Origin: an uncultured Bacillota bacterium
GTDB lineage: Bacteria > Bacillota_I > Bacilli_A > RF39 > UBA660
Reading direction: 5' to 3'
Assembly (NCBI GenBank): GCA_958428295.1
Contig: CAUAFL010000004.1
Location: 9,892-73,891 of the forward strand
Length of the DNA: 64,000 nucleotides
Part shown: piece after piece, positions 42,880-54,198 of the stretch
Layout of the letters: every line of letters begins with the position of its first letter
Numbering within the stretch: the stretch's first letter is position 1
Notes under the pieces: model-generated
Seen by the model: only the letters and a program-made list of their open reading frames with translations
Told to the model about the DNA's origin: nothing
Databases searched by the model: none
Position numbers and translations under genes: made by a program

Positions 42880-43047
42880 TCCTTTTTTTGCCTATTATAC
42901 CTTTTTTTACCAAAATGTCCATCACTTTATTACAATTTATCTAAATCTTATAGTATAAAAGGATACGAAATCTTACCCTTTTAACATTATTCGTTAAACA
43001 AAAATAAATAATTAATACTGAATATTGTAATGGTTTTTGTTAGTATT

Positions 43048-43305
43048 TTATTTCTTATGATCTTGATAGAACTGTTTTAACTCAGTCTTAATTTGTATAT
43101 CTAGATCAGTTTTTTTAATTCCTTCAATCGCACCTTCTAAGGCTAAAAGACGATTTATACAGGCAGAAGAGTCTATTTCTTGAATTTTTAACCAAGCTTT
43201 TTTACTCCCTATTTTTTGTAGTTGTTCTGCGGTAAAAATACCTACTTCGTTTAGTTGTCTTTCCACTTCCTTACCTATGTTTGGTAATTGTTTTAATTCT
43301 CCCAT
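43048..43305 (-). CDS. TfoX C-terminal-domain protein
   Basis: LKQLPNIGKEVERQLNEVGIFTAEQL...NRLLALEGAIEGI matches the helix-hairpin-helix TfoX_C domain. Confidence 0.8.
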   Translation of the reverse strand: MGELKQLPNIGKEVERQLNEVGIFTAEQLQKIGSKKAWLKIQEIDSSACINRLLALEGAIEGIKKTDLDIQIKTELKQFYQDHKK

Positions 43306-43436
43306 AACTACTCCTTTTTTCCTTATTATTAAGTTAATTATAACATAAGCTAGACGATTATAAAACAGGATAAATGCTAGGTTATTTTATGATGCATGAT
43401 ACTACTAAAACAGGTAACACTAAAGATGGTGATACT

Positions 43437-44384
43437 ATGAAAATCCATTTAGGTTACATTGCAACTCCCCTAACGCTTGATTATCTAACCTATGCACATA
43501 CCATTACTTATACTAATTACTTAAAAATTCCTGAGCCATTAAGACATAAAAAATTAACAGAAATTTTAAGTAATAATTTAAAAATTTTCGAACAGGTTCT
43601 ATATTATAATTATCGAAATTCTATTTTTTTCTATCGCTTTTCACATAATTTAGTACCCTTAGCGACACATCCCCAAGTAGATTTTGACTACATTACCCCT
43701 TTCCAAAAACAGTGGCGAAACTTAGGGACAGCAGTTAAAAAATATCATATTCGTCTTGATAGTCACCCTGATCAATTTTGTGTATTAAATAGTGTTTACG
43801 ATAGTGTTCTTGCTTCTTCAAGATTGCATTTAGATTTTCATTACCGAATTTTTCAAGCTATGGGAATTAAAGGAAAAACTGTTCTACATATTGGTGGTAT
43901 GACAGAAGGCAAAGAGCTAGCTAAAAAACGCTTTATTAATACTTTTCAATCTTTGCCAATTGGTATTCAAAATATGATTATTTTAGAAAATGATGATAAA
44001 ATTTTTATGATGGAAGATGTATTAGAACTCTGTCAATATTTACATGTTCCTATGGTACTAGATTATCATCATTATCAATGTCATCATCAGCAAAAATTAA
44101 CCAAAGATATTCTATTACAAATTTGTGCCACCTGGGACAAGGAGCCCTATCCTCCTAAAATGCACTTTTCTTCACCTAGAAGTAAAAAAGACTTTCGCAG
44201 TCATAGTGAGTATTTAAATGAGGTCGAATTTCGAAATTTTTTAATGTTACTCAAAGAAGTAGATCGTGATATTGATATTATGTTAGAGTGTAAAGGACGT
44301 GATATGGCACTTTTTAAATTAACGAGACAATTAAAGTGTGATACTACTTTTCATTTTATCAATGATACTACTTTTTATTATTAA
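43437..44384 (+). CDS. uvdE: UV damage endonuclease
   Basis: Start moved to MKIHLGYIA. YRFSHNLVPLATHP, RLDSHPDQF, HIGG, LENDD and a TIM-barrel layout typical of UvdE. Confidence 0.8.
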   Translation: MKIHLGYIATPLTLDYLTYAHTITYTNYLKIPEPLRHKKLTEILSNNLKIFEQVLYYNYRNSIFFYRFSHNLVPLATHPQVDFDYITPFQKQWRNLGTAVKKYHIRLDSHPDQFCVLNSVYDSVLASSRLHLDFHYRIFQAMGIKGKTVLHIGGMTEGKELAKKRFINTFQSLPIGIQNMIILENDDKIFMMEDVLELCQYLHVPMVLDYHHYQCHHQQKLTKDILLQICATWDKEPYPPKMHFSSPRSKKDFRSHSEYLNEVEFRNFLMLLKEVDRDIDIMLECKGRDMALFKLTRQLKCDTTFHFINDTTFYY

Positions 44385-44676
44385 CTTTTCCATTGATATT
44401 TTTTAATTCCACATACCTATTATCTTTTACTAATACTTTTTCATTTTCTAGTAACCCTTTTTGGTCTTTCCATCCTGGCACTAAACGACCTTTAGTATTT
44501 ACTACCCGATGACAAGGAAAATCACCATATAAAGAGGCTAAACTTAGTGCTTTTCCTACGAGTCTAGCATTTTTAGGAGCACCAGCCAAAGTGGCGATTT
44601 GACCATAAGTTGCAACAGTTCCTTTAGGAATTTCTTCCACAATTGCATAAATTTGATATAAAAATTCTTCACTCAT
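44368..44676 (-). CDS. MGMT-family DNA-binding domain protein (short, retains PCHRV)
   Basis: IPKGTVATYGQIA...PCHRVVNTKG. 102 aa, only the C-terminal MGMT domain. Confidence 0.75.
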   Translation of the reverse strand: MSEEFLYQIYAIVEEIPKGTVATYGQIATLAGAPKNARLVGKALSLASLYGDFPCHRVVNTKGRLVPGWKDQKGLLENEKVLVKDNRYVELKNINGKVNNKK

Positions 44677-44875
44677 GATATACTCCCTCTTTCTAGTAGT
44701 ACCATATCATACTTTTCTCTATTCTGTAAAAGCCCTATATATAAAAAATTATAAGAAATTTGTTCTGTTACAGTAAGTGTAATTAAGAAATATATTTATT
44801 TTAATTTTTTATTAAGTAGCAAAAGTGACCAAGATATTTATAGGAATGATAATACAATAAATTTCATAAAATTTC

Positions 44876-44904
44876 TTGACGGTGTACTTTAATTATGCTA
44901 TGAT
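44876..44904 (+). promoter_or_regulatory. Sigma-A promoter for the tRNA-Arg/tRNA-Pro pair
   Basis: TTGACG, 17 nt, TATGAT. Confidence 0.6.
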
Positions 44905-44962
44905 AAAATCGTATTTCAAATAGGAATACCTATTTTTATGGCTCTTATTTGCGAGTATCCTT

Positions 44963-45039
<77 letters not shown>

Positions 45040-45043
45040 CTAT

Positions 45044-45120
45044 CGGGAAGTGGCTCAACTTGGTAGAGCACCTGGTTTGGGACCAGGTGGTTGCAGGTTC
45101 AAATCCTGTCTTCCCGACCA
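45044..45120 (+). tRNA. tRNA-Pro (anticodon UGG)
   Basis: Acceptor CGGGAAG/CTTCCCG, anticodon arm CCTGG-TTTGGGA-CCAGG, GGTTCAAATCC T-loop and CCA. Confidence 0.9.
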
Positions 45121-45154
45121 TTTAGTTATTAAAGTCTTATAATTTAAGGCTTTT

Positions 45155-45670
45155 TTATATTCTAAACTTCTTTCTAGTCAAGAAAATTCCAACGATTGAG
45201 CTAATAAGGATAAGCGGTGCTAACCTGATAAATAGCCATTCAAATGAATGAGAAGCAACTCCTATCATAGCTTTTTCAGGATCACTATAATCCAAACTTA
45301 AGTACGAACTATTTAACATAATTAACGATATGAAAGTTATTATTATAATTACACATAGCAAAATTAATAACCAATGAATTATTTTTCTTCTGTTATTCTT
45401 CCTTTGTGATAATTGTAAGTTTACTATCTCCAATTTTTCAGAAATTGTTTTTAAATCATTTACTTTAAATTCAGAAATGTTTTCTCCAAGTAAAGTACTT
45501 ACCGGTATTTCAAGAATCTTTGATATAGAAATTAACATTTCGGAATCAGGAACTGATAATCCTTGCTCCCATTTAGAAATTGTTTGTCTTACAACATTTA
45601 ACTTAATAGCAAGTTCTTCTTGTGAAAGCCCTTTTGATTTTCTAATTGATTTAATATTTTCTTTTAACAT
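45155..45670 (-). CDS. XRE-family HTH protein with C-terminal transmembrane segments
   Basis: The N-terminal LSQEELAIKLNVVRQTISKWE HTH is followed by two hydrophobic helices. Confidence 0.7.
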   Translation of the reverse strand: MLKENIKSIRKSKGLSQEELAIKLNVVRQTISKWEQGLSVPDSEMLISISKILEIPVSTLLGENISEFKVNDLKTISEKLEIVNLQLSQRKNNRRKIIHWLLILLCVIIIITFISLIMLNSSYLSLDYSDPEKAMIGVASHSFEWLFIRLAPLILISSIVGIFLTRKKFRI

Positions 45671-46014
45671 TTTAAAATGACTCCTTTCTTTTATTTAAAT
45701 TATTATATGAAAAATAGTCCATTGCTACAAGCAATGCTTATTAACATTCAAAACTTATATTAATAAAATGGCGTGGTGATATGGAAATAAATAGTGAACC
45801 CTTAACTGAAATGAAAGCACAATTATCTAATGATGTATCAATAATTAAACAAGCGTATTATAATACATATCTACTAAATAGGATTCAAGGTATGATCAAA
45901 AGGAGTTTTTTATATCCTGTTTTCAATTACTGTTCAGTATAAATTTCATTAAAAAAGAGCTTTTATTTGCCAGAATGTTTATTTTTCTATATAATAATCA
46001 AGAGGTTTGGTAAA

Positions 46015-47550
46015 ATGAAAGAAATTAGTAATGTTATAGTATCCTGGTATCAGCAACATAAAAGGGATTTACCTTGGCGAAAAGATAAGGATCCTTATCA
46101 TGTTTGGGTTTCTGAAATTATGTTACAGCAGACGAGAATAGAAGCTGTTAAGGATTACTATATGCGGTTTATGGAAGCATTACCTACCATTGAAGATTTA
46201 GCTAATGTATCGGAAGACTATTTATTAAAATTATGGGAAGGTCTTGGCTATTATAATCGGGCTCGTAATTTACAAAAAGCCGCTAAAAAAATTGTTCAAG
46301 ATAATCAAGGGATCTTTCCTGATACATATGAAGAGATGCTCGCTTTACCTGGAATTGGAGAATATACAGCTGGAGCGATTGCTTCTATTTGCTTTGATAG
46401 AAAATGTGTGGCCATTGATGGGAATGTTCTTCGTGTCTTTATGCGTCTTACTAATTGTTCAGATAATATTTTAGAGGAACGAGTAAGGAAACGAGTGAAA
46501 GAACAATTATTAGAAATAGTCCCTGAAAAAACGGGTGATTTTAATGAAGGATTAATGGAATTAGGAGAAACTATCTGTTTGCCAACGACATTACCTAATT
46601 GTAGCATATGCCCATTGACCCGTTATTGTAAATCCTATCACCAAAATACGATGACCATCCTTCCTGTTCGTATAAAAGAAACTAAAAAAACTACGGAAGA
46701 TATAACTGTACTACTTTTTCAATGCCAAGATAAAATAGCACTTTCTTATCGAAAGGAGCAAAGTCTTTTAAAAAATATGTGGGAGTTTCCAAATCTTTGT
46801 GGCAATTACTCTCAACAGAAATTACAAAAGTTATTAGCCTCCTATCCATTAGCAGGAAAGATTGTACAAGGACCACTTCATAAGCATGTTTTTACCCATA
46901 AAATATGGCAGATGACTAGTTATTTTATTCCTGTTCAGACACAAGTTGCTAATTATACTTGGGTTAGTATCGAGGAAGCACTGAATACTTATGCGATCCC
47001 TATGGCTTTTCAACCATTTTTAAAAGCATTAAAGGCAAAACAACAACCCAAGGAAATGAAAAAACAAATTATTCATCCATTAAAGCCTATTTATAATACC
47101 CAGTCGCAAGTTTTATTATTAGGAAGCCTTCCTTCTATCAAATCTAGAGAGGAAAAATTCTATTATGCCCATCCCCAAAATCGATTTTGGAAAGTGCTTG
47201 CTTCTGTTTTACAGGAAGAGGTCCCCACTACTAAGCAAGAGAAAACCGCAATGTTATTAACTCACCAATTAGCCCTTTGGGATGTTATTCATTCTTGTTC
47301 AATTATAGGATCCAGTGACGCCTCTATTACTGATGTTAAAGTCAATCACCTACAAGAAATATTAAAACATTCTAAAATAAAATATATTTTTACAACTGGT
47401 AAGACAGCGAAAAAATATTATGATAAATATTGTTTTAAGGAAACGGGAATAGAAGCTATTAATCTTCCTTCCACTAGTCCAGCTAATGCTGCTTATACAT
47501 TAGAAAAATTAATAGAAGCTTATCAGCAAATTATAAATGTTAAAAACTAG
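46015..47550 (+). CDS. mutY: Fusion: A/G-specific adenine glycosylase MutY plus UDG-superfamily (hypoxanthine/uracil-type) DNA glycosylase
   Basis: Start moved to MKEISNVIVSWYQQHKRDLPWR. HhH-GPD (LPGIGEYTAGAI), 4Fe-4S cluster CxxxxxxCxxCxxxxxC and NUDIX-like domain. After about 360 aa comes LLLGSLPSIKSREEKFYYAHPQNRFWKVL and PSTSPAN, typical of family-6-like UDGs. Confidence 0.75.
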   Translation: MKEISNVIVSWYQQHKRDLPWRKDKDPYHVWVSEIMLQQTRIEAVKDYYMRFMEALPTIEDLANVSEDYLLKLWEGLGYYNRARNLQKAAKKIVQDNQGIFPDTYEEMLALPGIGEYTAGAIASICFDRKCVAIDGNVLRVFMRLTNCSDNILEERVRKRVKEQLLEIVPEKTGDFNEGLMELGETICLPTTLPNCSICPLTRYCKSYHQNTMTILPVRIKETKKTTEDITVLLFQCQDKIALSYRKEQSLLKNMWEFPNLCGNYSQQKLQKLLASYPLAGKIVQGPLHKHVFTHKIWQMTSYFIPVQTQVANYTWVSIEEALNTYAIPMAFQPFLKALKAKQQPKEMKKQIIHPLKPIYNTQSQVLLLGSLPSIKSREEKFYYAHPQNRFWKVLASVLQEEVPTTKQEKTAMLLTHQLALWDVIHSCSIIGSSDASITDVKVNHLQEILKHSKIKYIFTTGKTAKKYYDKYCFKETGIEAINLPSTSPANAAYTLEKLIEAYQQIINVKN

Positions 47551-47575
47551 TACTTTTGATGGTACTAGTTTTTAA
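47545..47575. terminator. Bidirectional terminator
   Basis: AACTAGTAC / GTACTAGTT hairpin followed by a T-run, between convergent genes. Confidence 0.7.
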
Positions 47576-47581
47576 TTTCTA

Positions 47582-48493
47582 TTATTTTACATCCAAAGAT
47601 GGTGTTTGTAAGTTCTTTTTTACCTTTTTAATTTTCTTTGTTGATTTAATATGCTCTCCTATAATTTCAGAAACTTCTAAAATGGTTACAAAGGCACTTT
47701 CATCCATTTGTTCCACAATATGACGTAACTCAAACACCTCGATTCTAGTAAGAACACAATATAATACTTCTTTTTCACCACTAATGAGCCCTTGGCCCTT
47801 TAAAAAAGTAACGGTTCTACCTAATCTTTTGTAAATTTCTGCTGATAAATCTGTTCCTTTATCTGTGACAATTAAAGCTGCTTTGGCCTGTTCAAGGCCT
47901 TCTGATACAAAATCTATTACTTTAAAAGTAATAAAATAAGTTAATAGAGAATACATCGCTCTATCTAGTCCAAAGATAAGTCCAGCAATTCCATAAATAA
48001 GTAAATTGAATATTAAGACAACTTGGCCAACCGATAAGGCCGTTTTTTTGCTGATAACGATCGCTACTGATTCAGTGCCATCGACACAACCTCCAAAATG
48101 AATGATAAGACCCACACCTACTCCTAAAATAACGCCGCCAAATACAGTTGCTAGTAAAATCTGTTCAGTAAGTGCTTCTATGTTATGAAAAATAGATAAA
48201 AATAAAGAAAATAAAACCATACTATAAATTGTTCGGAAGAAAAAGCCTTTTCCTAGATTACGATATCCTATATAAATAAAAGGAATATTCAAAACTAGGA
48301 CAAGTATACTCAAAGGTAATTTTGTTAATTTGGATATAATGATAGAAATACCAGTCACGCCTCCATCTAAAATGGTATTAGGTATGAGAAAGGCTTGTAA
48401 GGCGTAAGCTGCTAGCAAAGAACCGAGCGTTAACATTAAAAAGGAAATTAATGTTCTAGTATGGCGGTTTTTAACGGTTTCCAAATGATTCAC
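47582..48493 (-). CDS. YitT-family membrane protein (with C-terminal DUF2179)
   Basis: LDGGVTGISIII and DGTESVAIVI repeats. C-terminal soluble domain TFLKGQG...VLTRIE. Confidence 0.75.
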   Translation of the reverse strand: MNHLETVKNRHTRTLISFLMLTLGSLLAAYALQAFLIPNTILDGGVTGISIIISKLTKLPLSILVLVLNIPFIYIGYRNLGKGFFFRTIYSMVLFSLFLSIFHNIEALTEQILLATVFGGVILGVGVGLIIHFGGCVDGTESVAIVISKKTALSVGQVVLIFNLLIYGIAGLIFGLDRAMYSLLTYFITFKVIDFVSEGLEQAKAALIVTDKGTDLSAEIYKRLGRTVTFLKGQGLISGEKEVLYCVLTRIEVFELRHIVEQMDESAFVTILEVSEIIGEHIKSTKKIKKVKKNLQTPSLDVK

Positions 48494-48515
48494 CCCTTTC
48501 CGTTAATTTATCCTA

Positions 48516-51062
48516 TCATTTTAATTCTGTTAATTGATTGCGAATATTGGCTAATTTTTCTTGTTCTTCCATTAGTTTATGGCGATCTTGTGAAACAATA
48601 TGCTGAGGCGCTTTATTGACATAATTTTGATTGGCTAACAGATTTTCACGACGTTTTATGGATTGCTCTAATTTAGTTGCTTCTTCTTGTAATGCTTTAT
48701 AATCAATTTTATTTTGTAAATAATACGTAATTTTAATGTAGTTGGATTCATAAGAAAGTTCTTGATAGAGAGACATATCCTCCGTTGCAGAAATCGTATC
48801 CGTAATTTTTAATTGACTTCGATAAATATCCAGTAACTCTTTTTCTGCTTTTAAAGAGACTTTTGCATCCTTAGAAATTTTGTTAATGGCTTTTAGATTA
48901 CGAATTTCACGGATATCTTCTAAAACCTTCTCCATTTTAATGCTGGCCGCTGTATTTTCAAAGTCCTTTTCCATAGGATAGGCACTAATCATTATCGAAG
49001 TTGCATCCTTAATCGGTAGCATCTGATAAATTTCTTCTGTCACGTAAGGCATAAAAGGATGCAATAGTTTAATGATTGTTGTTAATACCTCTAGTAGCAG
49101 ACTTTTGGTAGTGTTAGATATGTCCCCTTTTGTCAATTCGATATAACTATCACAAAAATCCGTCCAGATAAACTGATACAAATCATTTCCTACGGTATGA
49201 AAATCATAACGATCCATATTTTTCGTTACTTCTTTTACTAGTTCATTTCGCTTTTGATAGATCCATTGATCCGCTAATGTCATTTTCTCTTTTTGAATCG
49301 CAAAGTCAGTAAAATTCTCTAATTTTAATAAAACAAACCGAGCCGCATTCCATAGTTTATTAATAAAGTTCCACGTAGACTTCACTTTTTCTTCATCATA
49401 ACGTAAATCCATTCCTGGAGCAGTATTCGTTGTTAAAAAGTAACGAAGGCTATCAGCACCATAGGTATCGATTACGTCCATTGGATCTACTCCGTTACCT
49501 AAAGATTTGCTCATCTTTCGTCCTTCTTTATCACGAATTAAACCATGAATGATACAATCCTTAAAGGGACGTTTACCAGTAAATTCTAAGCCCTGAAAGG
49601 TCATGCGATTTACCCAAAAAGGAATAATATCATATCCGGTTACTAGTACATCATTCGGATAATACCGTTTAAAATCAGCAGTCTCTTCCGGCCAACCAAG
49701 AGTTGAAAAAGGCCATAGTGCTGAACTGAACCAAGTATCTAGTACATCCTGATCTCTTTGCCACCCTTCTCCTTCAGGTGCTGTTTCACCAACATATACT
49801 TCCTCCCCCCGATACCAAGCAGGAATTTGATGCCCCCACCATAACTGACGGGAAATACACCAATCATAAGTAATTTCCATCCAATGGAGCATTGTTTTTT
49901 CATATCGTTCTGGAACAAAGTGAACTTTTGTATCTTCCTTTTTTTGATTAGCTAACACAGCATCGGCTAACGGACGCATTTTTACAAACCATTGCTTTGA
50001 TAAATATGGCTCAATCACAGTATTTGTCCTTTCTGAATGCCCAACCGAATGTACCATATATTCAGTTGAAATTAACAAATCCTGTTTCTTTAAATCTTCA
50101 ATAACTTTTTCTCGTGCGATATATCTATCTAATCCTACATAGTCACTAGGAACATTTTCATTTAAAGTCGCGTCTATATTTAAGATATTAATACGCGGTA
50201 GATGGTGGCGTAGTCCAACTTCAAAATCATTAGGATCATGGGCAGGAGTAATCTTTACAACGCCACTTTGAAAGGTGGGGTCAGCGTGTTCGTCAGCAAT
50301 CACTGGAATGAGTTTATTAACAAGTGGTAACCTAACGTTCTTACCAATATATGCTTGATAGCGCTCATCTTTTGGATTAACTGCAATAGCTGTATCTCCA
50401 AATAATGTTTCTGGTCTAGTAGTCGCAACATCTAGGTAGGCACTTTTGTCTTCAAGATAGTATTTGAGATGATAAAAAGCGGCTGGTATCTCTTTATAAA
50501 TAACCTCTTCATTAGAAAGAGCAGTCATTGCTTCAGGATCCCAATTAATAATTCGTTCGCCCCGATAAATTAGTCCCTTTTTATAAAGTGTTACAAATAC
50601 ATGATTAACAGCTTTATTTAATCCTTCATCGAGGGTAAAACGTTCTTTATGATAATCTAGTGACAAGCCTAGCTTTTTCCATTGCTCATGGATATTTTTA
50701 GCATATTCTTCTTTCCATTCCCAGGCATGTTGTAACCATTCTTCTCGTGATAGTGCCCGTGGATTGTACCCCTTTTCTTTTAGTTTTTTATCCACTTTAG
50801 CCTGTGTAGCAATACCCGCATGATCCATTCCTGGAAGCCATAGAGCATCATAGCCTTGCATTCTTTTATAGCGAATTAATATATCTTGAAGCGTAGTATT
50901 CCAGGCATGCCCTAAGTGCAGTTTACCAGTCACATTAGGGGGAGGAATAACAATACAAAATGGTTTTTTAGTTACATCACCAGAATGAAAATAATCTTGT
51001 TGAAGCCAAGTTTCATACTTTCCTGTTTCTATTTTTTTATGGTCATATTTCTTATCTAACAT
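48516..51062 (-). CDS. valS: Valine--tRNA ligase
   Basis: [14 protein letters not shown] (HIGH) and KMSKSLGN (KMSKS) plus a C-terminal coiled coil. Start moved to MLDKKYD. Confidence 0.95.
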   Translation of the reverse strand: MLDKKYDHKKIETGKYETWLQQDYFHSGDVTKKPFCIVIPPPNVTGKLHLGHAWNTTLQDILIRYKRMQGYDALWLPGMDHAGIATQAKVDKKLKEKGYNPRALSREEWLQHAWEWKEEYAKNIHEQWKKLGLSLDYHKERFTLDEGLNKAVNHVFVTLYKKGLIYRGERIINWDPEAMTALSNEEVIYKEIPAAFYHLKYYLEDKSAYLDVATTRPETLFGDTAIAVNPKDERYQAYIGKNVRLPLVNKLIPVIADEHADPTFQSGVVKITPAHDPNDFEVGLRHHLPRINILNIDATLNENVPSDYVGLDRYIAREKVIEDLKKQDLLISTEYMVHSVGHSERTNTVIEPYLSKQWFVKMRPLADAVLANQKKEDTKVHFVPERYEKTMLHWMEITYDWCISRQLWWGHQIPAWYRGEEVYVGETAPEGEGWQRDQDVLDTWFSSALWPFSTLGWPEETADFKRYYPNDVLVTGYDIIPFWVNRMTFQGLEFTGKRPFKDCIIHGLIRDKEGRKMSKSLGNGVDPMDVIDTYGADSLRYFLTTNTAPGMDLRYDEEKVKSTWNFINKLWNAARFVLLKLENFTDFAIQKEKMTLADQWIYQKRNELVKEVTKNMDRYDFHTVGNDLYQFIWTDFCDSYIELTKGDISNTTKSLLLEVLTTIIKLLHPFMPYVTEEIYQMLPIKDATSIMISAYPMEKDFENTAASIKMEKVLEDIREIRNLKAINKISKDAKVSLKAEKELLDIYRSQLKITDTISATEDMSLYQELSYESNYIKITYYLQNKIDYKALQEEATKLEQSIKRRENLLANQNYVNKAPQHIVSQDRHKLMEEQEKLANIRNQLTELK

Positions 51063-51832
51063 AGCTCTTTTCCCTTTCTGTTTTTGGAATTCATTATCGT
51101 TTGATGACAAATTTTTTCTAATTTGTGAAATAGCCCTACACTACTTTTATCGACTTGAACAGCTTGTAAATATAACGCTAAATTACCAGTTTTCTCTAAG
51201 ATCTGATAACTAACAGGGAAATTCATATCAAAGAGAAAGGATAATTGTCCTACTACATAGTCACTCTTGCTATCCACACTAGCGAGTTTCCGATCTACTA
51301 ATTGGCCCTTTAAAAAGGCGGTGAGGACTTCTTTCGTTAATTCTTTTTGCTGAAAGATAATATCTTCCTTTTTTAGGAGCGCTACTTGCTTAAAAATATC
51401 GACTTTATCCATGTCACGAATCATTTGTGAAAAGAATAACTCTTCTGAAGACATTTTAGGAAGAACAAATTTATTGTGATAGCGAATAGCACTTTTTATT
51501 ATTGTATCATACTGCCGATCCTTGATAAAATCACGAATATGGCCCTGATCAAAAAGATAACTAATAGACTCTTCCGCATGATCGGTATTTGTTTTTTGAT
51601 CAGAAATTACTTGAAATTTACGAATTTGTTCAAAGCGGCCAATATCATGTAGCAAACCAATAATTTTAGCGATAACAATTTGTTTCCCTGTACAGTGTAA
51701 TTCATTGGCTAAACGCTCCATTAAATCGACGACTGCATAACTATGGTGATATTTTAGTTTAATATCTTCATTGGTAAAATCATAGTGACTAACATATTCT
51801 TCAAATTGTTCTTGCGCCTTTTCATACTCCAT
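51056..51832 (-). CDS. HD-domain phosphohydrolase
   Basis: HSYAV...GLLHDIGR...DHAE. Its stop overlaps the valS start. Confidence 0.75.
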   Translation of the reverse strand: MEYEKAQEQFEEYVSHYDFTNEDIKLKYHHSYAVVDLMERLANELHCTGKQIVIAKIIGLLHDIGRFEQIRKFQVISDQKTNTDHAEESISYLFDQGHIRDFIKDRQYDTIIKSAIRYHNKFVLPKMSSEELFFSQMIRDMDKVDIFKQVALLKKEDIIFQQKELTKEVLTAFLKGQLVDRKLASVDSKSDYVVGQLSFLFDMNFPVSYQILEKTGNLALYLQAVQVDKSSVGLFHKLEKICHQTIMNSKNRKGKELC

Positions 51833-51835
51833 TAA

Positions 51836-52075
51836 AAAACTCCTCCTCTACTAAAAAGGACGAGTTTACCCGCGGTACCACCTTTATTATTACAAAATAT
51901 TTTGTAATCACTTCATTGGACTGTAACGTAGTCAATACCGATATTTCCTACTAAACTCAGAAACACAACTCCATCGCTACCTTCTACGAATTTACGGTAT
52001 AGTCGCACCACCCTATACTCTCTTTTACATAAAATTTCGTATACTCTTCGACTTCACAGTTTTTATGTATTTGTA
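51836..52075 (-). promoter_or_regulatory. T-box leader (probably Val-specific) with terminator
   Basis: Minus strand shows the AGAGAGTA stem I element, a candidate GTA specifier in ATTCGTAGAAGG, the GGTGGTACCGCG T-box core, then the AAACTCGTCCT...AGGAGGAGTTTTTT terminator. Confidence 0.8.
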
Positions 52076-52138
52076 TTATAATACAAATCTTTCGATTTGC
52101 CAAGGTTATTTTTATGATATACTGAATATGGTGATTCT

Positions 52139-52555
52139 GTGAAGACAATTATTAGAAAATACCAAGAAACAGACTTTTTAACTGTTCGGGAAATATTATT
52201 AGAAAACTTTACGTTGAAGAAGGTTGCTTCTATTGCTAATACTTCTAATCAGTTTGCTTTAGTAGCTATTAACGATCAAGAAGTTGTTGGCTTTTTACAA
52301 GTTCAAAAATTACAAGACACTATTAAGGGGCTTGATTATTATGTTGTTCATTACGTTTGTGTAAAAAGAAAGTGGCAACAACAAGGAATTGCTACTAGTA
52401 TGTTTCGCTTTTTAACGATGATGGCTAACACTGAAAAGATTGCTTATATTGAATTGACCTCTAAAAAAGAGCGTGTTTTTGCACATCATTTATACGAGAG
52501 TCAGGGCTTTAAAGAGCGCTTGACAACGGTCTTTAGAAAAGATCTACATTCTTAG
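52139..52555 (+). CDS. GNAT-family N-acetyltransferase
   Basis: VKRKWQQQGIATSMF matches the Q/RxxGxG/A acetyl-CoA motif. Confidence 0.75.
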   Translation: MKTIIRKYQETDFLTVREILLENFTLKKVASIANTSNQFALVAINDQEVVGFLQVQKLQDTIKGLDYYVVHYVCVKRKWQQQGIATSMFRFLTMMANTEKIAYIELTSKKERVFAHHLYESQGFKERLTTVFRKDLHS

Positions 52556-52619
52556 GTCTAATTAAGTATTTAATATATAAAACTTAGAATCGCTTTTTAT
52601 CATAAAGGAGGAAAATTTA

Positions 52620-53153
52620 ATGATATATAGAAAAGCGTACTCTTCACCCCTTGGTCTAATGTATATGCAAAGTGATGGGGAGTATCTGACAGGGTTGTGG
52701 TTTGATGGCACAAAAGATTCTTCAAAACATGCTGGTGACTTTGAAGAAAAGGAGTTACCTATTTTTGAGGAAACAAGGAACTGGTTAACTACTTATTTCA
52801 GTGGGAAAAATCCTGATTTTACACCTCACTATAAATTAGATAATTTAACACCCTTTAGAAGTATGGTAATAGATATAATAAATAAAATTCCATATGGACA
52901 AGTGATTACTTATCATACTATTGCCAAAGAGATTGCCAAGAAAAAAGGCCTAAAACAGATGTCCTCTCAAGCAGTCGGTGGTGCGGTTGGGTGGAATCCT
53001 ATTTGTATTGTTATCCCTTGTCATAGAGTCGTGGGAGCGAGGGGTAATTTAATTGGTTATGGAGGCGGAATTCAAAATAAAATACAACTTTTAGAACTTG
53101 AGAAAAATGACATGAGTAAATTTACGATACCAAAAAAGGAAATAACTTTATGA
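52620..53153 (+). CDS. ogt: Methylated-DNA--protein-cysteine methyltransferase
   Basis: IPYGQVITYHTIA...IPCHRVVG with the N-terminal ribonuclease-like domain. Confidence 0.9.
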   Translation: MIYRKAYSSPLGLMYMQSDGEYLTGLWFDGTKDSSKHAGDFEEKELPIFEETRNWLTTYFSGKNPDFTPHYKLDNLTPFRSMVIDIINKIPYGQVITYHTIAKEIAKKKGLKQMSSQAVGGAVGWNPICIVIPCHRVVGARGNLIGYGGGIQNKIQLLELEKNDMSKFTIPKKEITL

Positions 53154-53698
53154 AAAGATGTCGTTGGTGTAATCTAAGTAATCCCAAGTATGTCGCATAT
53201 CATGATCATGAATGGGGAGTGCCTAATTTTGAAGAACAATACTTGTTAGAGATGTTGCTATTAGAATCTTTTCAGGCTGGTCTTTCTTGGGAATGTGTTT
53301 TGAATAAAAGAGAGAGCTTTCGGCTTGCTTATAATAATTTTGATTTAGATATCATAAGTACTTATGACAACCAAAAGATGACAGAGTTATCCCTCAATAA
53401 GGATATTATCCGAAATAAATTAAAAATTAAAGCCAGCATTGATAATGCAAAAATATTTAAAAAAATAAAGAAGGAATTTGGCTCCTTCCATAATTATTTA
53501 AATTCTTTCACAGAAGGCAAAACAATATATGAAATTGGTGTATCTCATTCTGAATTGTCAGATAGCATCTCCAAAGATTTGACAAAACGTGGTATGAAGT
53601 TTGTAGGCTCTACCATTATTTATTCCTATTTGCAAGCCATCGGTGTTATTTATTCCCATGATGTAGATTGCTTTATGTATAAGAAACAAGAAAAATAG
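53150..53698 (+). CDS. tag: DNA-3-methyladenine glycosylase I
   Basis: RCRWC...YHDHEWGVP...FQAGLSW motifs. Confidence 0.9.
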   Translation: MKRCRWCNLSNPKYVAYHDHEWGVPNFEEQYLLEMLLLESFQAGLSWECVLNKRESFRLAYNNFDLDIISTYDNQKMTELSLNKDIIRNKLKIKASIDNAKIFKKIKKEFGSFHNYLNSFTEGKTIYEIGVSHSELSDSISKDLTKRGMKFVGSTIIYSYLQAIGVIYSHDVDCFMYKKQEK

Positions 53699-53763
53699 GC
53701 AGTTCTATACACAAATCTTTATCATCAGGTTTTTAATAAAGTTAATCCTGTCAATTTAACCAC

Positions 53764-53797
53764 TAAAAAAGTATTAATCTTTTTAGAAATTAATACT
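53764..53797 (-). terminator. Terminator downstream of tRNA-Cys
   Basis: Minus strand AGTATTAAT / ATTAATACT hairpin followed by TTTTTT. Confidence 0.6.
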
Positions 53798-53843
53798 TAT
53801 CTATTGAAACCCTAAACTATAAAAGCTGGGACAGATTTTTAAA

Positions 53844-53918
53844 TGGAGGACCCGGTCGGATTTGAACCAACGAATCAGGGAGTTGCAGTCCCATGCCTTA
53901 CCACTTGGCTACGGATCC
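53844..53918 (-). tRNA. tRNA-Cys (anticodon GCA)
   Basis: Acceptor GGATCCG/CGGGTCC (one G-U pair), anticodon loop CTGCAAC, GGTTCAAATCC T-loop and CCA. Confidence 0.85.
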
Positions 53919-53989
53919 AGTTAATATAACTTATGTAAGATAACTCTTACATGTGAAAATATTTTCTCATATATTTAGCTAAATGTCAA

Positions 53990-54018
53990 TTGCTTCTCCT
54001 TGCTTTTTTCTATATAAT
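53990..54018 (+). promoter_or_regulatory. Sigma-A promoter
   Basis: TTGCTT, 17 nt, TATAAT, 20 nt before the ATG at 54038. Confidence 0.55.
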
Positions 54019-54198
54019 AGAACTAGGGTGTGATAAAATGAAAAATGAAAGAACCTATGAATATACCGATGATCTTAGTCTTTATGGAAAGTATTTAGAG
54101 AAGACCATAGCGCCCAATAAAAAATTTCAAAAGGCAATTGAAAAAATGTAATAATAGATACAGATCCTGTTTCTTTAGCCCTATCTTATTATCATGCA

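Noticed and set aside
45781-45942. 53-aa plus-strand ORF divergent from the XRE-TM gene
   Set aside because: It has no convincing SD (GGTGA is only 1 nt from the ATG) and no recognisable features, so support is insufficient.
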